Assembly (NCBI RefSeq): GCF_009914755.1
Contig: NC_060928.1
DNA from: the human T2T-CHM13v2.0 reference genome, Homo sapiens
Reading direction: 5' to 3' (one strand)
DNA: 64,000 nt
A program made the position numbers and the translations under genes. Positions within the stretch are counted from its first letter, which is position 1; each line of letters opens with the position of its first letter. Shown here piece after piece: positions 29,382 through 44,200 of the stretch. A model generated the notes under the pieces. It saw only the letters and a program-made list of their open reading frames with translations. It did not search any database and had not been told where the DNA came from.

Positions 29382-31018
29382 CTAATTCATATGATACTGG
29401 AATAAAGAGAGCCAGCTACCCATTAAAACAAGATAAACATATTTTGAGGCACTGGGAAAAAATACAACTGAGCATTGTTGTTAGCATTTGTGGAGATTAT
29501 TCTGTATTATTTTAAAACTACAATTCAAGCTCCATTAAAACACATTAAGTTATAAAATGTGTTTTATATACCAAACAACTGCATAAGTCTTATACTTTGA
29601 GGAAGAAAATGAACCATGAAGACATGGTTTATATTAAATCAAAAGGAGCACAAAACTGCCACTTCCAACCTGACTTTTCTATTTCCTACTTGAAAAAAAA
29701 AATCTATATGTTTTGATATGAAATGGTCTTTCTGTCTTGGCAGTGGCTTTCCACATGTGATGTGGAAATATGTGTATTTTAAATCCCTCAGCAATCATTT
29801 TATTATTCATTTCCACAACTCAGATATTCTGGTTTCCTCTACAATTGTTAAATGATTATGCAAAAAAATGATTCAAATATCCAATATATACTTACTGAAA
29901 AATATATATGAGCTTATTACATAGACACAGGAGAGACAAAGTGGATACAGAGGTGACATGTAATGAGATGACTTAGAAAGAAAACAGGTGTTGATTGGCT
30001 ATTATAATTACTTTTCTTTCTTCATAGTCACATTATGAATCCTATATAAATGTACAGTTGAGTAACAATATGAAAGATTGTCCCAGAAAAAGAGAGGATC
30101 ATAAGCTTAGGGTAGGAGGTAGAGCTGTTGTATTTGAAAGTATGGGACGTTTTCTTCTACTCTAGAAGGAGACAGGGTCTTGACAAGTTTTTGTGAGTTT
30201 TACTCTCATAGTAAGCCCTAAAAATGCTTCTACATCAAATCCAAGTTTTACATTCTTTATTACTATAAACTGCCCAAAAGAGGACATGCTTAGGAATTTT
30301 ACCAACAATCTCCAAAGAGGTTATCTTCTTCATTCACACCCCTCCTTTTTTTTCATTTAAAATTGTAAGACCATATTTTTCAGGTGAGGACTACTTATCA
30401 CACAATTCTCACTATCCGATTTATGTTTCTATTCCCTTGGTCATCCCCAAATATTTTATCTATGCATTTTGTATTTCATAGTCTGTCATCAATAGAATCA
30501 CCTTTTACTTTTCTTAATGTCTCCTTTACTTTTGCATTCTAAGTGAAGTTGGTTCTCTTCTCAGTATTCCTTTGACCCTGAATTCCCGTTTTGAATTAAC
30601 ACTTCTAATTTTCTTAAAGATAAATTAACATAAAACCTGGAATTGATATAGATATTCTCATTTCTTATAATTGATTTCATGTTTTCCTGCCTCTCCCATT
30701 AAAAAGTCTAGCTCTACTGAGTGACAAGCTGAATGACTGTGATTTACCAAAACGTATTTGTTATCTACCTATCACCAGGTCATTCACTCATATTGATTGA
30801 AGTTTTCTGTTCTTGTTCTTTGTCATTCTCTCTAACACTACCTATTAACATTTGACCACATCCTTTCTAACGATAATAGTAACCTAAACATCCAGACAAA
30901 ACAACATTCAACACACTAGATTCCACTCCCTTGACACTTAAATTCCAAATGCCTTTTCTTCTGTCCTTCTTTAGCAACTCTAGGTATTTTATACTCTAGA
31001 TACTGCCAGTAATAATAG

Positions 31019-31371
<353 letters not shown>

Positions 31372-32789
31372 GACTCTACTATATTTCATTTTTTTTGTTT
31401 CCCTATATTTTCATTTCCATCAGTACATAGCCAAAGCACAATTGCTCACTGCTGTAATTACCCACTTCAAGCATTCTTGACTCACTTGTCCCTGTCTCTA
31501 TTACTCAATGTTTTTGATATATTTAAACAATGCTCAGATTCAATTTTCTTCATGTTTTAGCTTTTCCCTAGTATAAGTAAATGTGTGTGAAACAAAACTG
31601 TTAAACTAAGAATCACAATGCAAAATGGGTCGTCAACACTGCATAGGTTTTCTTGTGAATTTATTGTCCCATTTTTCAGTGTAACATTTCATACCTTTTC
31701 TTCTTTCTTGAACTTGCTATCACCAACTTCCTACATTGTAGCTTGTTACACTATTTAAAATTTTATTAAAAATAAATATTATCTGAAATATATTACCACC
31801 CCTTCCACAGCATTTTATAACCCATTTATAAATTTATTCATATATTTTTTATTTCCTCCTATTGTACTGCATGAATTTTATCTGTTAGGGTTATCACCCC
31901 CTCTAATTATGTACTAGATAATACTATTCCCTCTCACATAATTAAATTTGTTTTTTTTTACTGCAATTATCCCATTGATATTTTAAATAATCAATTTTTC
32001 TTTCCCTATTGACTGTTCCTGTCCCCATAAAAACATGTTTAGAATTTTCCTGTAAAAAATAATAATAATAAAATCTGTACTTCATATCCCTTTTTCAACT
32101 ACTGCCCTATTTCTCCCCAGGTTTAAAATTACACATTTAAATAATACTGCTATTAATAAAAATACCTAATTTTTTGAGTGTTTACAGTAGACTCTAGGCA
32201 TGGTGATAAGTGCTTTGCATGGCTACCTCATTTGTCTGTATTCACTTTTTCACTTATTTACTTCTTATTTTCCCTTGAGCCTACAATAATTAGGCTTTGT
32301 TTCGAAGAAGTCTATTAAACTACTCTTTATCAAGGTCCTTAATGACTTCTATCTTGCCATATGAAATGTTTAATTGTGGCATTCTCTTCATTTTATATCC
32401 AGGCAACATTTATTAATATTACTATTTTCTCTCCTTTGAGACTCTGTATTCACTTGGTTTTCGGGCTATCCCAGACCCCTAGTTTTCCTTCACCTGGTTT
32501 TCAACAGCTGGTTTTCTGTGTAATTGACAACTTAACTTTTCTTTTCTCAATTGAAAAAAACAGAGTATCTGAAAATGAGTCTTGGCTTCTTTTATCTACT
32601 TACATTCACTATCTAGAAGGTCATCTAATATCAGCTTTAAATAATATTTACACGTTGTTATATCTCACTTTTATATCTGTAGCTCTAACCACGCCCCTGC
32701 TTTATATTTCTGTATTCAACTGCCTAATATATAGTTCTATTTGAATGTTTATAGACATCTGCACTAGAAGCTGCTACTGAATTTTAATT

Positions 32790-33130
32790 ATTCTTCTCCT
32801 GAGAACATGAAAGACTACATTACCTAGCCCCTAACATTTGGAAAGTCCCCTATGACCACTTCAAGACAAAAATCTGAGAAAAAAAAATGCGTGTGACTTT
32901 TACACTTAAACACAGAAGAATGAATGTGAGATCTCCTTGTATTATGTTCTCCTGCATTAAAGAATGAGAAAGCTTTCTCAAGATGCTATGGCTACTAAAA
33001 GGTAGTATCTGCTTTCACCAAGGCCCTACGTTATTGAAAAATTTCTGTGAGAGAAACTTATCATTGTACAAAAAACTGTTAAGATTTGGGGGTAAATTAA
33101 TCACTGCAGCATAACTTAGAACACTTCTAT
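32790..33130 (+). mobile_element. Old MaLR LTR fragment (MLT1J/K-like)
   Basis: 'agactacattacctagcccc', 'gtgtgacttttacacttaaac', 'taagatttgggggtaaattaatcactgcagcataactta'. Confidence 0.55.
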
Positions 33131-34499
33131 GAATATAATATCTAAAAATTAATGTCTGAAATAACTTTTTTTCTTAAAAATATTTATTCTTCAAACTATC
33201 TATAATTGTAAATGACATCATCTTTATCCAGTTAACAGATCAAACATGTAGGAATCATTCTTCATATCAACATACAGTCTCTCAGGAAATCCTATTAGTT
33301 CTAACTTCAAAATATTCCCTGAATCCCACCAGTTTTCATCACTGCCACCACAGCCACAGCCACACTCATCAAAGCCATAATCACCCATGCCTGGAGGTTT
33401 GCAAAAACCTCCCAAGTAATCACCCTTTTCAGTTTGATCTCTCAAACTACATTTCCTATAAAACCTCTCCCAATCAAAATATAACTGCTCCCACATACAA
33501 TCCCTCATCTATTATCTTCTCTACCTACCAGGATGATGTAATTTCCTTTGGATTTCACTCTTGATCAGCGTGCTTTAATCATATTGATTTTCTTGATCTC
33601 AAACATGTAAAGGTTGTCTCTGTTTGGGGGCTTTTGAAGTTGCTGTTCACACTTCTCCAAAGTCTTTGCTGGTTCGCACCCTCAAATGACATACCTTTAC
33701 AAACACAGACCCACAACATTCATTACTCCCTTATTTTGCTTTATTTTTTCTCGTAGCATGTATCACTTCATACAAATATAAAAGTATATATGCACATGTC
33801 TGTGGATGTGAGTGTGACCGAGTGTGTGTATGTACTTCTTTGTTGTCAAGATCTAACCTTGGATTAGAAACTCCATAAGAGAATTTTTTTTCCTCCGTTG
33901 TTTATAATTTTGTTCCTAGAAATAGAATAGTGCCTAGAATACAAGTGAGTGCTTAGTAAACATTTGTTAAGTAAAAAAATAAATTCCATTATTATTATTC
34001 TATATCCAATTCCAAATAATGAGATATGGTTACAGAATAATCTAAACCAATATTATTCAGCTAAACCTTTGAAGTTATTACTTTCTCTATTTGATATGAT
34101 AAAAAGCAGCTATTTATTCCTATGAATTTAAATTAGAATCTTAAAATGCTGTGATTTCACAATTTGTTAAATAATAGATTGTTTATTCTTTCTGTTTGCT
34201 ACCTAACCACATAAAGCGTTCTATGCAAGCAGAGAGAAAATGGTTCAGTTCAGCTAAGATATTTACACTGCATCATTTATTTATGCATGTATCATTAAAA
34301 TCAAGTTGTGATTTGAAATCACCATCTTCATGCTTTACAAAATCAGAATTGATAATCTGTGTGAAACAAATTCAGAAACAGTTGAAAGCTAGAAATAGAA
34401 GAGGAATCATACCTTTTCAAATTTCTCTGATAAAAGACTTAAAATAATATATTATGCATATATACTGCTTTAAATACTTAAAAGATGACATGATTATAT

Positions 34500-35150
34500 G
34501 TTATCCTTACCTCCTGGCATATCCTTAATCCACTGAAATTGCAGATGATTTTTTTTTTTTGGCTAAACTAATGGAAACACCCAGTATTTTAGTTACCTTA
34601 CCTCTCATTATTTGATGCTGCTATTTGCTTATTAAAATATTCTCTCTATGGCTTTTCTGGCATCATAACTGTCTCTTACTTTCCCTCCAAATGTTCTCAT
34701 GACTGCTAGTAAATTGCTTTTACTGAGCAATGATTGTGTTCCTCAGAGTTCTTTCCTGTGTTTCTTTTTGTGTTCTATGCTTCACATTCATCATAGTCAT
34801 TCTAGGCAATCCCTTAGCTACCATAAGTTTAGTATATCTATACAGAGTCCACATATCAATAACAATTAAATGTCCAATTTTTCTATTTTGTTCAAATGTA
34901 ATATTCACAGCAGTCAATCTAGATAATTTCTTCAACTACCACAAGTTTAGTTATACATCAGCCCGTGTATCAATAATAATTTCAATCTTATCCAAATGTG
35001 ATCTTCTGTCTTCTCTTGGATGTCCTAAAAAATATAGTATGATTAATATCCCTAAATTAATTAGCTTCCCTCTAAACCAATCTTATCTTCCCTTTGTTAA
35101 CATTCTATGTGAATTCCATAAATAGGCATCGACTTCAGCTCTGTTTTTCC
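34500..35150 (+). mobile_element. L2 fragment
   Basis: 'tctctctatggcttttctggcatcataactgtctcttactttccctcc', 'tctaggcaatcccttagctacc'. Confidence 0.55.
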
Positions 35151-35329
35151 TTCCCATATAAAATTTTGAGCAGTTAATTCTATAAACATGTTACTAATTC
35201 AAACTGTGGTGAAGAATTCCAACAGGTAATGTCAGTTCTGTTTTTCTTCCAGACATTTAAGTTAAACTTTACTGCCCCCCATTTGAAGATAGGTCAAGGA
35301 GACCTTATAATATATTTGGTTGTGTTAAA

Positions 35330-36400
35330 TACATTTGGGAAAATATTCTTTCTCAGTTTGTAGTTTATCTGTTTACTTTATGTAGGTTTCTTTTGGTAAA
35401 CAGAATTCCTTATTCTTCAAACATTGTTTATTCTTCATACATTTATCTACTTTTTTTTTCTTTCATGGTTAATTCTTGTGTGTTTTATTTATTAACTATA
35501 TCAGTATGTCAAAGTAAGAAACTATGCACCTATAATTGACAAATAATTTTATCAAGAAAACCGGAAAGATTTCTACTGTTTGGTTGGCTAATGGAACACT
35601 GCAAAATCATGAAATGATACTGCGTAAAGGAAAAGACAGATAAAAGCACTGTACATATGAAGATGTGCTCTACCACACCAATAACCAAAGAATGAAAATT
35701 TAATGTATCTACCACAATATAATATTTTACACATATTCAATTTGAAGAAATTAAGTAAGCTGGAAATGTTCCATATCAGAAAGAATGTGGATCAATAAAA
35801 TCTTTTTTACAACCATTTTGGAAAACAGAGTGTCATTGTCATTGTAACACTGAAATATTTCTCACTTCTTGACTCAAAGTTTCTACTTCTAGGTAGATAC
35901 CTAAAGACATAATTATGCATATGTTGATTGGAAATTACATATGAATAGGTTCAAAACAAAATTTGTAATAGATAATCAACAAAGGGTCTTTGATAGGAGA
36001 ATTAATAAATATGTGGTATATTACCAAAGTACATATAGTAGCTAAAATGCCTAGGCTAAAGCTACGTATAAAATATATGAACAGAACTTCATAATAATTT
36101 TGTTGAATACAGAAAGCAAACCCCAATGACTATATATAATATAAAATTATTGTAATAAAATCCAATTGTTAGCAAGAGTAAATAATTTATTTAAATATTT
36201 TAAATCCAGAAAGTATAATTAAGACAAAATTTAGGATACAAGTTAAATCTTGAGGGTAGGTGGGAAGTAGTGAGAAAAGACCCTATACAGAATCCTTTTA
36301 GCTGTGTACACAGGTTAATATAGGCTACTGGTGATGTTGTAGTCACTGGTTGAATCTTGCATTCAGAGGTATTCATTATGTTATTTAAAATGAATGAATA
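35330..36400. mobile_element. Old L1ME fragments (antisense piece ~35330-35510, sense 3' piece ~35530-36400)
   Basis: 'tctcagtttgtagtttatctgtttacttt' (antisense); 'acaaccattttggaaaacag', 'aattaataaatatgtggtatatt', 'cataataattttgttgaatacagaaagc' (sense). Confidence 0.55.
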
Positions 36401-36684
36401 ATTTAATTAGTCAGGTATAAATGATAAAATAAATTATGGCTACACATAGACTGATACTGATAATATGTCATTAATGAAAGTTTAACTTTCTTTTTATATA
36501 TCTGGGTAATTTTTGTTAAATGGTATGTTCGGTGATACAAAGACCTGGGCTGTGATAAAACATTAGATATTAATATTTTCTTCATCAATTCCATTAGTAT
36601 TTATTTTCTTATATAATCCTGAATTATCTTCCATATGTTATTCAGTCCAGAAACACAAAAATTATTTACAGCTACTTTTAAACA

Positions 36685-37549
36685 TGTTTTTTTAGTACAA
36701 TTTTAGATTCACAGCAAAATTGAGTCTAAAGTACACAGAGTTCTCATATGCCACCTGCCCCAACACATGAATAGTGTTTCTTATTATGAACATCTCCCAC
36801 CAGGATGAGACATTTAGTACAATCAAACTCCTGTTGACACATCATCACCCAAAGACCATAATTTACATTAGGGTTCACTTTTGGTGTTGTATATTTTATA
36901 AGTTTGGACAAATGCATAGTGACATAAATTCAACATTTAACTATCATACACAGTATTATCACTGCCCTAAAATTTTTCTGTGCTGCATCTATTCATCAGT
37001 CCCTCCCCCAAGCCCCTGACAACCACTCATCCTTTTACTGTCTTCACAGTTTTGTGTTTTCCACAGTGTCATTTAGTTGGAATCATATAGTATGTAGCCT
37101 TTTCAAACTGGCTTCTTTCACTTAGTAATATGCATCCAATGTTCCTCCATGTCTTTTCATCGCTTGACAGCTCATTTCTTTGAAGTGCTGAATAATATTC
37201 CACTGTCTGGATGCATCATAGTTTATTTATTCATTCATCTACTGACAGACATCTTAGTTACTTCCAAGTTTTAGCTTTTATAAATAAATCTACTATAAAA
37301 ATCTATGTGCAGGTTTTCTTGTGGACATAAGTTTCAATTCCTTTGGATAAATTACCAGGAAGTGTGAATGGTGGATCATATGGTTAAGAGTATATTTAGA
37401 TTTGTAAGAAACTGACAAACTGTCTTCCAAAATGGCTATGCCATTTCACACTCCCACAGGAAATGGATGAGGGTTTGTGTTACTCCATATATTTGCCAGC
37501 ATTTGGTGTTGTCAGTGTTCTGGCTTTTGGCACTTTTAATGGGTGTATA
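36685..37549 (-). mobile_element. L1MC1-like 3' end, host of the ERV insertion
   Basis: 'ttttagattcacagcaaaattgag', 'acattagggttcactttt', 'tggaatcatatagtatgtagccttttcaaactggcttctttcacttagtaatatgc'; resumes as 'gtggta' after the provirus. Confidence 0.85.
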
Positions 37550-38160
37550 TGATATAGAAGTTAAGAAGAAATTATTTAGGAAGATAGTAAGGGCATAGGA
37601 GTCCTCAGTAAGGCTTTTCCTTTTAATGAAAAGCAGCCCAAAATCATTTTCTAACAAAGAGCAGCCTGTAAAGCTGAGCTGCAGACATAGACAAGCAAGC
37701 TGGGAGCTTTTACGGGTGAATGCTCACAGATACTAAAAATCAGACATGTTAAGATGGTGGCTCCATCTTCCTTTCCCTGCCAGCCATGTGTACTATCAAA
37801 AGCAGACAAGATAGCACTGATCAACTACAAAACCCATTTGCATAAGAAGATTAGGGTGGGGCAGACAGCTTTCCCTACATGCTATGTAAACATCAGGCCT
37901 TATCAAAGGAACTGTGAGCCGTATGGAAATCAGATACTGCCTCCCCAAACTAGACTATAAAATTTGGAAAATTTGCCACCACCTGATCTTTTTTCCACTT
38001 GGAGACCCCTTCCTATATAGAGGAAGCTGTTTATCTTTCTCTTCTCTTCTACCTATTAAAACTCTGTTGCTAAACTCCTCATGTGTGTATGTTTCCTTAG
38101 TTTTCCTGGCAAGCAACAATGAACACTAGGGTATATACCCCAGACAATATAGCCACTTCA
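37550..38160 (+). mobile_element. LTR9-family 5' LTR (ERV1)
   Basis: TG...CA termini (tgatatagaag...gccacttca); LTR9 motif 'gaaaagcagccc..tcattttctaacaaagagcagcctg...gctgcagacatagacaagcaagctgggagc'; TATA-like 'ctataaaa'; ATTAAA. Confidence 0.88.
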
Positions 38161-38163
38161 TAA

Positions 38164-38182
38164 TGGGGAACTTGTCCGGGAT
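38164..38182 (+). promoter_or_regulatory. Primer binding site, tRNA-Pro
   Basis: tggggaacttgtccgggat versus the tRNA-Pro complement TGGGGGCTCGTCCGGGAT, 3 nt after the LTR. Confidence 0.85.
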
Positions 38183-38804
38183 ACCAAGGTATAACATTCA
38201 TTAAAACAGTGAGTAGAGAAGTGGACGCCAACTCTGTCTTTTTCATTTTGAAGCTTTTGGCCTCCATTTTAGAACTGAATTAAACCAATTACTGGCCCCC
38301 GCTTCAGCCATTTAAAAACAATTAGCATGGCTGCCAGCCTTACAAGACTTGAGGGAAAGGCTTGCTGAGGAGAACATGGAGAATCCCCTGGTAACCACGG
38401 GTTGCTGGGCATATTGGCCATGCTTTAACAAGCTTCTTGTCACAGAGGACTTAGCCATTGAATGGGACTGGAAGAAGTCCTGAGGCAACTGAGGATTTCT
38501 GGCCCGGGATACCCCCAAGGGTTATCCAAAGGCCTCTGGACTGACCCCAGCCTCTAACTGCCTTGATGGGGTGTCGGCAACAGGCAATACAATTTCCTAT
38601 TGTAATTTCCTTCTTTCCTGCTCATGACCATAATATTCCTTACTTTCTCTGTGTATGCAGTGTTCAGGAACTTCTACAGTTCAGGGAAATAATCTTGTTT
38701 GGTAAGATCAGGGAATGTCGTAGTAACTGGGGATATAACTCAAGGGAAGATATCTTTTTTTAATTCTAGAAACAGAGGGTTCTCCCCCACCCAACACACA
38801 CAGT

Positions 38805-38965
38805 GAGCATCTCTTTTTCTCTCAGCTCTTGGTCTGGAGAGCACATGGCATTTCCAGGTCTTTCTCTGTCCTTGGTCTGGAGAGCACTCAATGTTTCTAG
38901 GTCTCTCTCTGTCCTTGTTCTGGAGCACATGGCATGTGAATGTCACTCTGCCCTTGGTCTAGAGT
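38805..38965 (+). repeat. Degenerate ~40-bp tandem repeat (about 4 units) in the ERV leader
   Basis: Repeated 'ccttggtctggagagcac(atggca)...ccaggtctctctctgt' units. Confidence 0.75.
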
Positions 38966-40809
38966 ACTGGTCTACCTACTGGAATAGGGATCCTGTCCAT
39001 GAGGCACATTGTTGGTCCTTCACTGAAACACCCTAGCCTCCAAATCTCTCCCCTTTTTGTGCCTCTCTACTGGAAACCAGGCTTCAAGCTGCTTCTGTAA
39101 ACGGGAAAATTCTGACTTCAACAATTAGGGGTAAAGTCTCAATACTGTCCCATCAGCAGGAAAATGGCCATTTGGTCCCTACATTCTTTTGAGGCACATA
39201 TTCTGCCTCCAATTAGAGTGGTACTTAATTGGTAAGGGGATTTTTAACTTCAGAAGTTAATCAGAACCATGCTTTAAGGGTAAACCCTTCAACATGGGCC
39301 ATAATATCAGGACATAGGCTTCAATCTGCACACCACCTCCATTAAAGGGGCCTTGCTCAACTATTACATAGTTTTTCTTGAGATCCATTTTTCAAGCAGT
39401 CAGGGGGTCAAACAAGTCTAGGAATTCAAAGGGAAATCACAGGCAGAGAACTAGAGCTACTTGGGCAAGCGTGACTAACCTAGTTCCTCTGGTTGCATGG
39501 CTGGGGTTCATGCCTGCAACCATCAGTGGCAGGTTCAGCAAGGTACTGGGACCCAGGAACCATGGAGAGAAAACAGCAGAGGGGACACCTCCATTGTCTT
39601 CCACTCCACCCTGGGTCATACCAAAAGGAAGGAGACTATAGGAACACCTTTTTCTCACTTCTCTTTCTAGATGGGTGCTATCTTCAGCCTGCACTCCCCT
39701 GGAGTTCATTCTGAAGCACTGGGACTCCTTTCACCCTGAGACTTTAAAGAAAAAGTGTCTCATTTTCTTTTACACAAGTTCATGACCTTTTTACTAGACC
39801 TTTGCAAACATTGCAACATCAACTCAGCTTTTTTCACAGTCCTATCAGGCAGCCTAAAGAGAATAATTCCCCAAAGTTAGAGAAGCAACTTCCAGAGGTA
39901 CCATCTGAGGATCGCCATATATGGGGGCCCTTCAAGTTCCCTTATCATTACAGGACCATAAGCAAGTAAAAAGAGACTTAGGCTGACGTTCTAATGACCT
40001 TGATATTTATAAAGAAGCTTTCCAAAATTTAACTCAGGTATTTGACCTCTCATGGAGGGATGTTATGCTGTTCCTAAACCAAAATCCTAACCACAGCTGA
40101 GAAGCAGGTGGCTCTGTAAGCAGCAGAAAAATTCAGAGATGCGCAATATGTCTCCTATAGTAGGCCTAAAAGAAAAGAGAAAATAGGAAAGGCAAAGAAA
40201 TAGGGGAAACACCATACTCAATAGGAAAAATGGCAGTACCTCTTGAAAACCTTAATTGGAACCCCCAGGCTTTTCTATGGTGTTTTTCCTTCTTTTACAG
40301 TTTCAACTGGCTTTTTTATAATGTTCTTTCAACATGGAAAGAGTTAATTTCACCAAACCTTAAAATGTTTGGCTTAGAGTTAATCTCAGGTGAAGGGAAC
40401 CTAGTAGCCTGACATGCTGGCAAGAAGGTAAAAGTTTGTTTTTTTTTTTTTTTTAACCAGTCGAGCTTTTGGTTTCTCTCTCCCCATGCAAACCGGCAAA
40501 AGGGATAATAAGGATTGTTGTTTATATTCTCTGTACAGTTTTAATTAGTGAAAAAGGATTTGTGAGGTTGGTCTTAAGCTATAGCCAATCTGGTATACTT
40601 TGTGTGTCTTTCTGTATGGTTCTGTCAAAAGAAAGGATACCTTAGGTTAGGATGGAGACCCAGGACTCCATAAGCCTACTGTTCAAGCCAGCCCAGCAGA
40701 ATGGTCAGTAATAAACGTGGCTATAAGCCTCCATCCTGTTTCATGTCCTTGGGAACATGACCCAATACTTCGTTTTAGTCTTTGCCATTTTACAGTGCTG
40801 GCTGTTTTC

Positions 40810-41232
40810 TTGTTCTGAGTCAGTTCCTGGGTGAGGGCCACCAAATTAGATAAGCCAGTTTATCAATCTGTGTCAGGCCAGCTAATCCATCAAGGGTAGG
40901 GTATACAAAATATCTTAAGCACTGATCTTGAGAGCAGTAAACAGAGGGTCAAAATCTTGGAGCCTCCAGCTGTGTGATTCCTAGGCCATGGTTTCTTTTT
41001 CTAAACTTGTGGCTAGATTCTTGGTCTGGTTCCCAGGCAAGAGGAAAATATTCTTAAGAAGAGCTATTATCATATTTGTTTTAGACAATAAACTGTAGAT
41101 CAGTCTTCTCCCAAAGTTGGTTTTGCCTATGCCCAGGGAAGGGCAAGGACAGCTTAGGGGCTGGAAACAAAATGGAGTTGATTGGGTCGTATCCCTTTCA
41201 CTATCTCAGTCACAATTTTGCAGTCTTTCTCA
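40810..41232 (-). mobile_element. LTR8 fragment (5' ~420 bp), antisense, inside the provirus
   Basis: The reverse complement reads tgcaaaattgtgactgagatagtgaaagggatacgacccaatcaactccattttgtttccagcccctaagctgtccttgcccttccctgggcataggc, matching the LTR8 start. Confidence 0.8.
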
Positions 41233-44200
41233 AGCTGCCTATTGCCCCTTTGAAAATACCTTGCACACTCGTGGTTTAGTCATGACCTAATTTTGGCTTG
41301 TGCATTTCACTTGTGAGGTTACTTTTTGTAAAATTCAAAGCTGAAAATCTTAACTGCTTGGCATGGCTAAAGTCATTTAACAAGGGACTTAAAGAAATTT
41401 TCTTAAAGAGTATTTAGGTTAATTAAAAATGGATATTCAAGTTATAGGTATATTTAAAGGCCTCTATGTTTTTCTCTTCTTGGATCTTGTTTTTCTGGAA
41501 TAAGTTTTCTTCTTCTTGGTTGATTGAATTATTTTTCTCAATTTTTTTGACTTGCCACTCTTAATACTCTTAATGAGAGGCCCTAAGATAACTTCTGGTA
41601 TGATGGGACTCTTTGGGAAAAACAAAGGAGGTGCAACAGACTCCATTTTGGGGAAAAAACCCTCTGTTTTCCTCCTAAAACCCAAGGAATTAAAGGCAGA
41701 TACTTCTCTCTCAAAATCAAAGGCTTGGTTCTGTTTTGCATTTTGTTATCTGTTTTGAGTTTTTGGGGTATCCAATTACTTCACATTAGGAGAGAGCTTT
41801 GTTGTGTAATAACTAGGTAGGAAATACACTTTAAGGGATGGCAAATAGTAGTTATAAATCAGAGAGGCATGCTCTTGGCCACCCAAAAGATATGGAAACG
41901 TCCCCACCCCCGCCAGAGAGATAAGACTCCCATGGAGGATGGGCTAATTACAAAATAAGCCAACTGGCTTTGGGTTGTCCTGCAGTGAAATTCATGGTAG
42001 AAGCACTACACAGACTTCTTCTATAGTAGCTCCTGCTTTTTGGAGATCCAAAATTCGGTATAAAATGGCACCTTTAATTTTAGGGATCTGTTTTTACCTT
42101 CTGCTATGCCTGCTTATTAGGCCCTAGAAATGCATGCTACCTGGCTCTCTTCCTCTAAAGTTTCCACCCTGATGCCAGTAATCCAATTAAGAAACTGGCA
42201 AATAAAAAATCTTACAAGTGTTGAATCTTGTGTTTGTGTCACTATATATGTGTTGTGTGTAATGTCTATAAAAAGAACACTAATTGATGGGCTTGAAGAA
42301 AAATAAGCACTTAAATACTTTTTAGTTCATGTGATTTTTGTCTTTAAGAAATAAAGATACTCTTCAGGATTACTGGTAAAATGCAAGAGCTATCAAAATG
42401 CAAATAGGTGGTCTAAATCATTCAACTTAGATACTAGGTTTGTTAAATGTTCCCAGATTGTATTCTGCCTGCTTTTCAGATAGGTAAGGCCTGGGACTTG
42501 TGGAACTAGAGGCTGAAAAGAGTCAGACCTTATCTTCACTTCTTTCTGAGTCCTAGGCTCCACACTTCATAAATAATTAAAACCACTTATTCACAAGGTT
42601 TTTCACCAAAAGTAAAAGTTGCTAAGAGTTAACAGTGCAACATTTATTTGAGATCACTAAACAGTCTTATATACAAGGTGTATGAAAACAGTAAAATGTG
42701 TTTTCTAGTAAAAGATTATAAGAAAGCATGGAAATGTAAATTTTGCCCAGTGATGAAGGATGATGTTAAATTTGATATGATAAAACTAAAGATTTAAGCA
42801 AATTGTGGAAATATTGTAAAAATTAATCTTGCAAAAATGTGTAAACATTAAATTCAAAAGGGTATTATATGGTCTTTTCATAAATTGAGCACTGAAATAA
42901 AAACACAGCAAGGTTGTCTTAAGAGGCTAATCTGCCCTTTTGCAAAAGGGTTTATAAAAGGTTTATAAATATTTTACCTCATGGTCAAATTTGTTAAGCT
43001 TAGATGGAATTTTCTATGAGGTTTTATCAAAAGGTGGTTAAACATAATAAACTAATGCAAGGGTAAAATTTGGCTTTGAACAGGATTTTCACGTAATAGT
43101 AAAGGGTAATAGAAGGTTTTTGCCTTCTGAGTCATAATTTTGGCAAAATAAATAATTTATGGCAATCTGGAATTCTATTTCATAACATCAAGTGTTTTAA
43201 ACCTCTAACATTTAACAGGCATCCCAAAATCAAACTTCAAGTTTCAAAATTGTCTTTCCTGATGCCTGGCTTTCTGGATGGTTCAGAGGGCCCCTGAAAC
43301 ATTCAGAGAAGAGGTAAAAATGATTATTTGACATGTTTAGTCACATGAGATTGCCAAAATGATGTCCAGTTTTTTTTTAGCTTTTTTTCTGAGTATATGC
43401 TATCAATCATAGTTGAGGTTAAAGTTATTGTAAACCATGGTGATAACTAAACTTCTTTGTAAGTCATATTTTTAACTATAAGTACTCTGGAAATTTTGTC
43501 GTTCACAGATAATTGTTGTCTTGCTTCGTTCCTTCTCAAAAGATGGTTTAAAATCAAGGTGTAGGACTTTATATTTTAAATAGCTTTGAAGATTGTAACA
43601 TGGGAATAGAGAAAGAATGTATGGGACTCATAAAGAACTGACATGTTCACGAATATCAAACAAAATAGTAGTTAACTAAATGGACTGCACTCAGAAAGTT
43701 AAAGCAACCTTTTTGACTTTTTCTTGGAATATTTCTGATCCTTGTTTTGTTTTTCAGAGTCAAGGAAACTTATTTTGAGCTATTTAGGCCTCTAATAATT
43801 AAGTGAGTTATATTCCAGTGGACAACATTTGGAGCATGTTTGTTTCTCTCTGCCTGGTTCCTCTGAAATTTGGAAATTATCTGTGAGTAATCTTAACTTA
43901 TAGCAACATAGTTGTTTGCAACAGGGCAAGAGGAATCCATTTTTCTTTTTCAACTGGACACAATTGGAAAAAACTGGTTATTTCATCAAAGCTTTGACTG
44001 GAAGGGTATGCTTCCCTTTAAGGAATCAATCTTGACTTGTAGAGCTGATAAAAGCCCCATGGAGATAACTGGCCTCATACCTTTTCTACACAATCCCTGC
44101 ACAGGGTTCCTAACCTGTGGTCAGTAAAGAATGTCGCTTTCTAACAGGTCCAGCAACTCCAAGTTTATCTTGGGACCATAAGAGAATAGGATTACCCAAT

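Noticed and set aside
35330-36400. A second twin-primed L1
   Set aside because: The fragments are too diverged to show by eye that they belong to one insertion.
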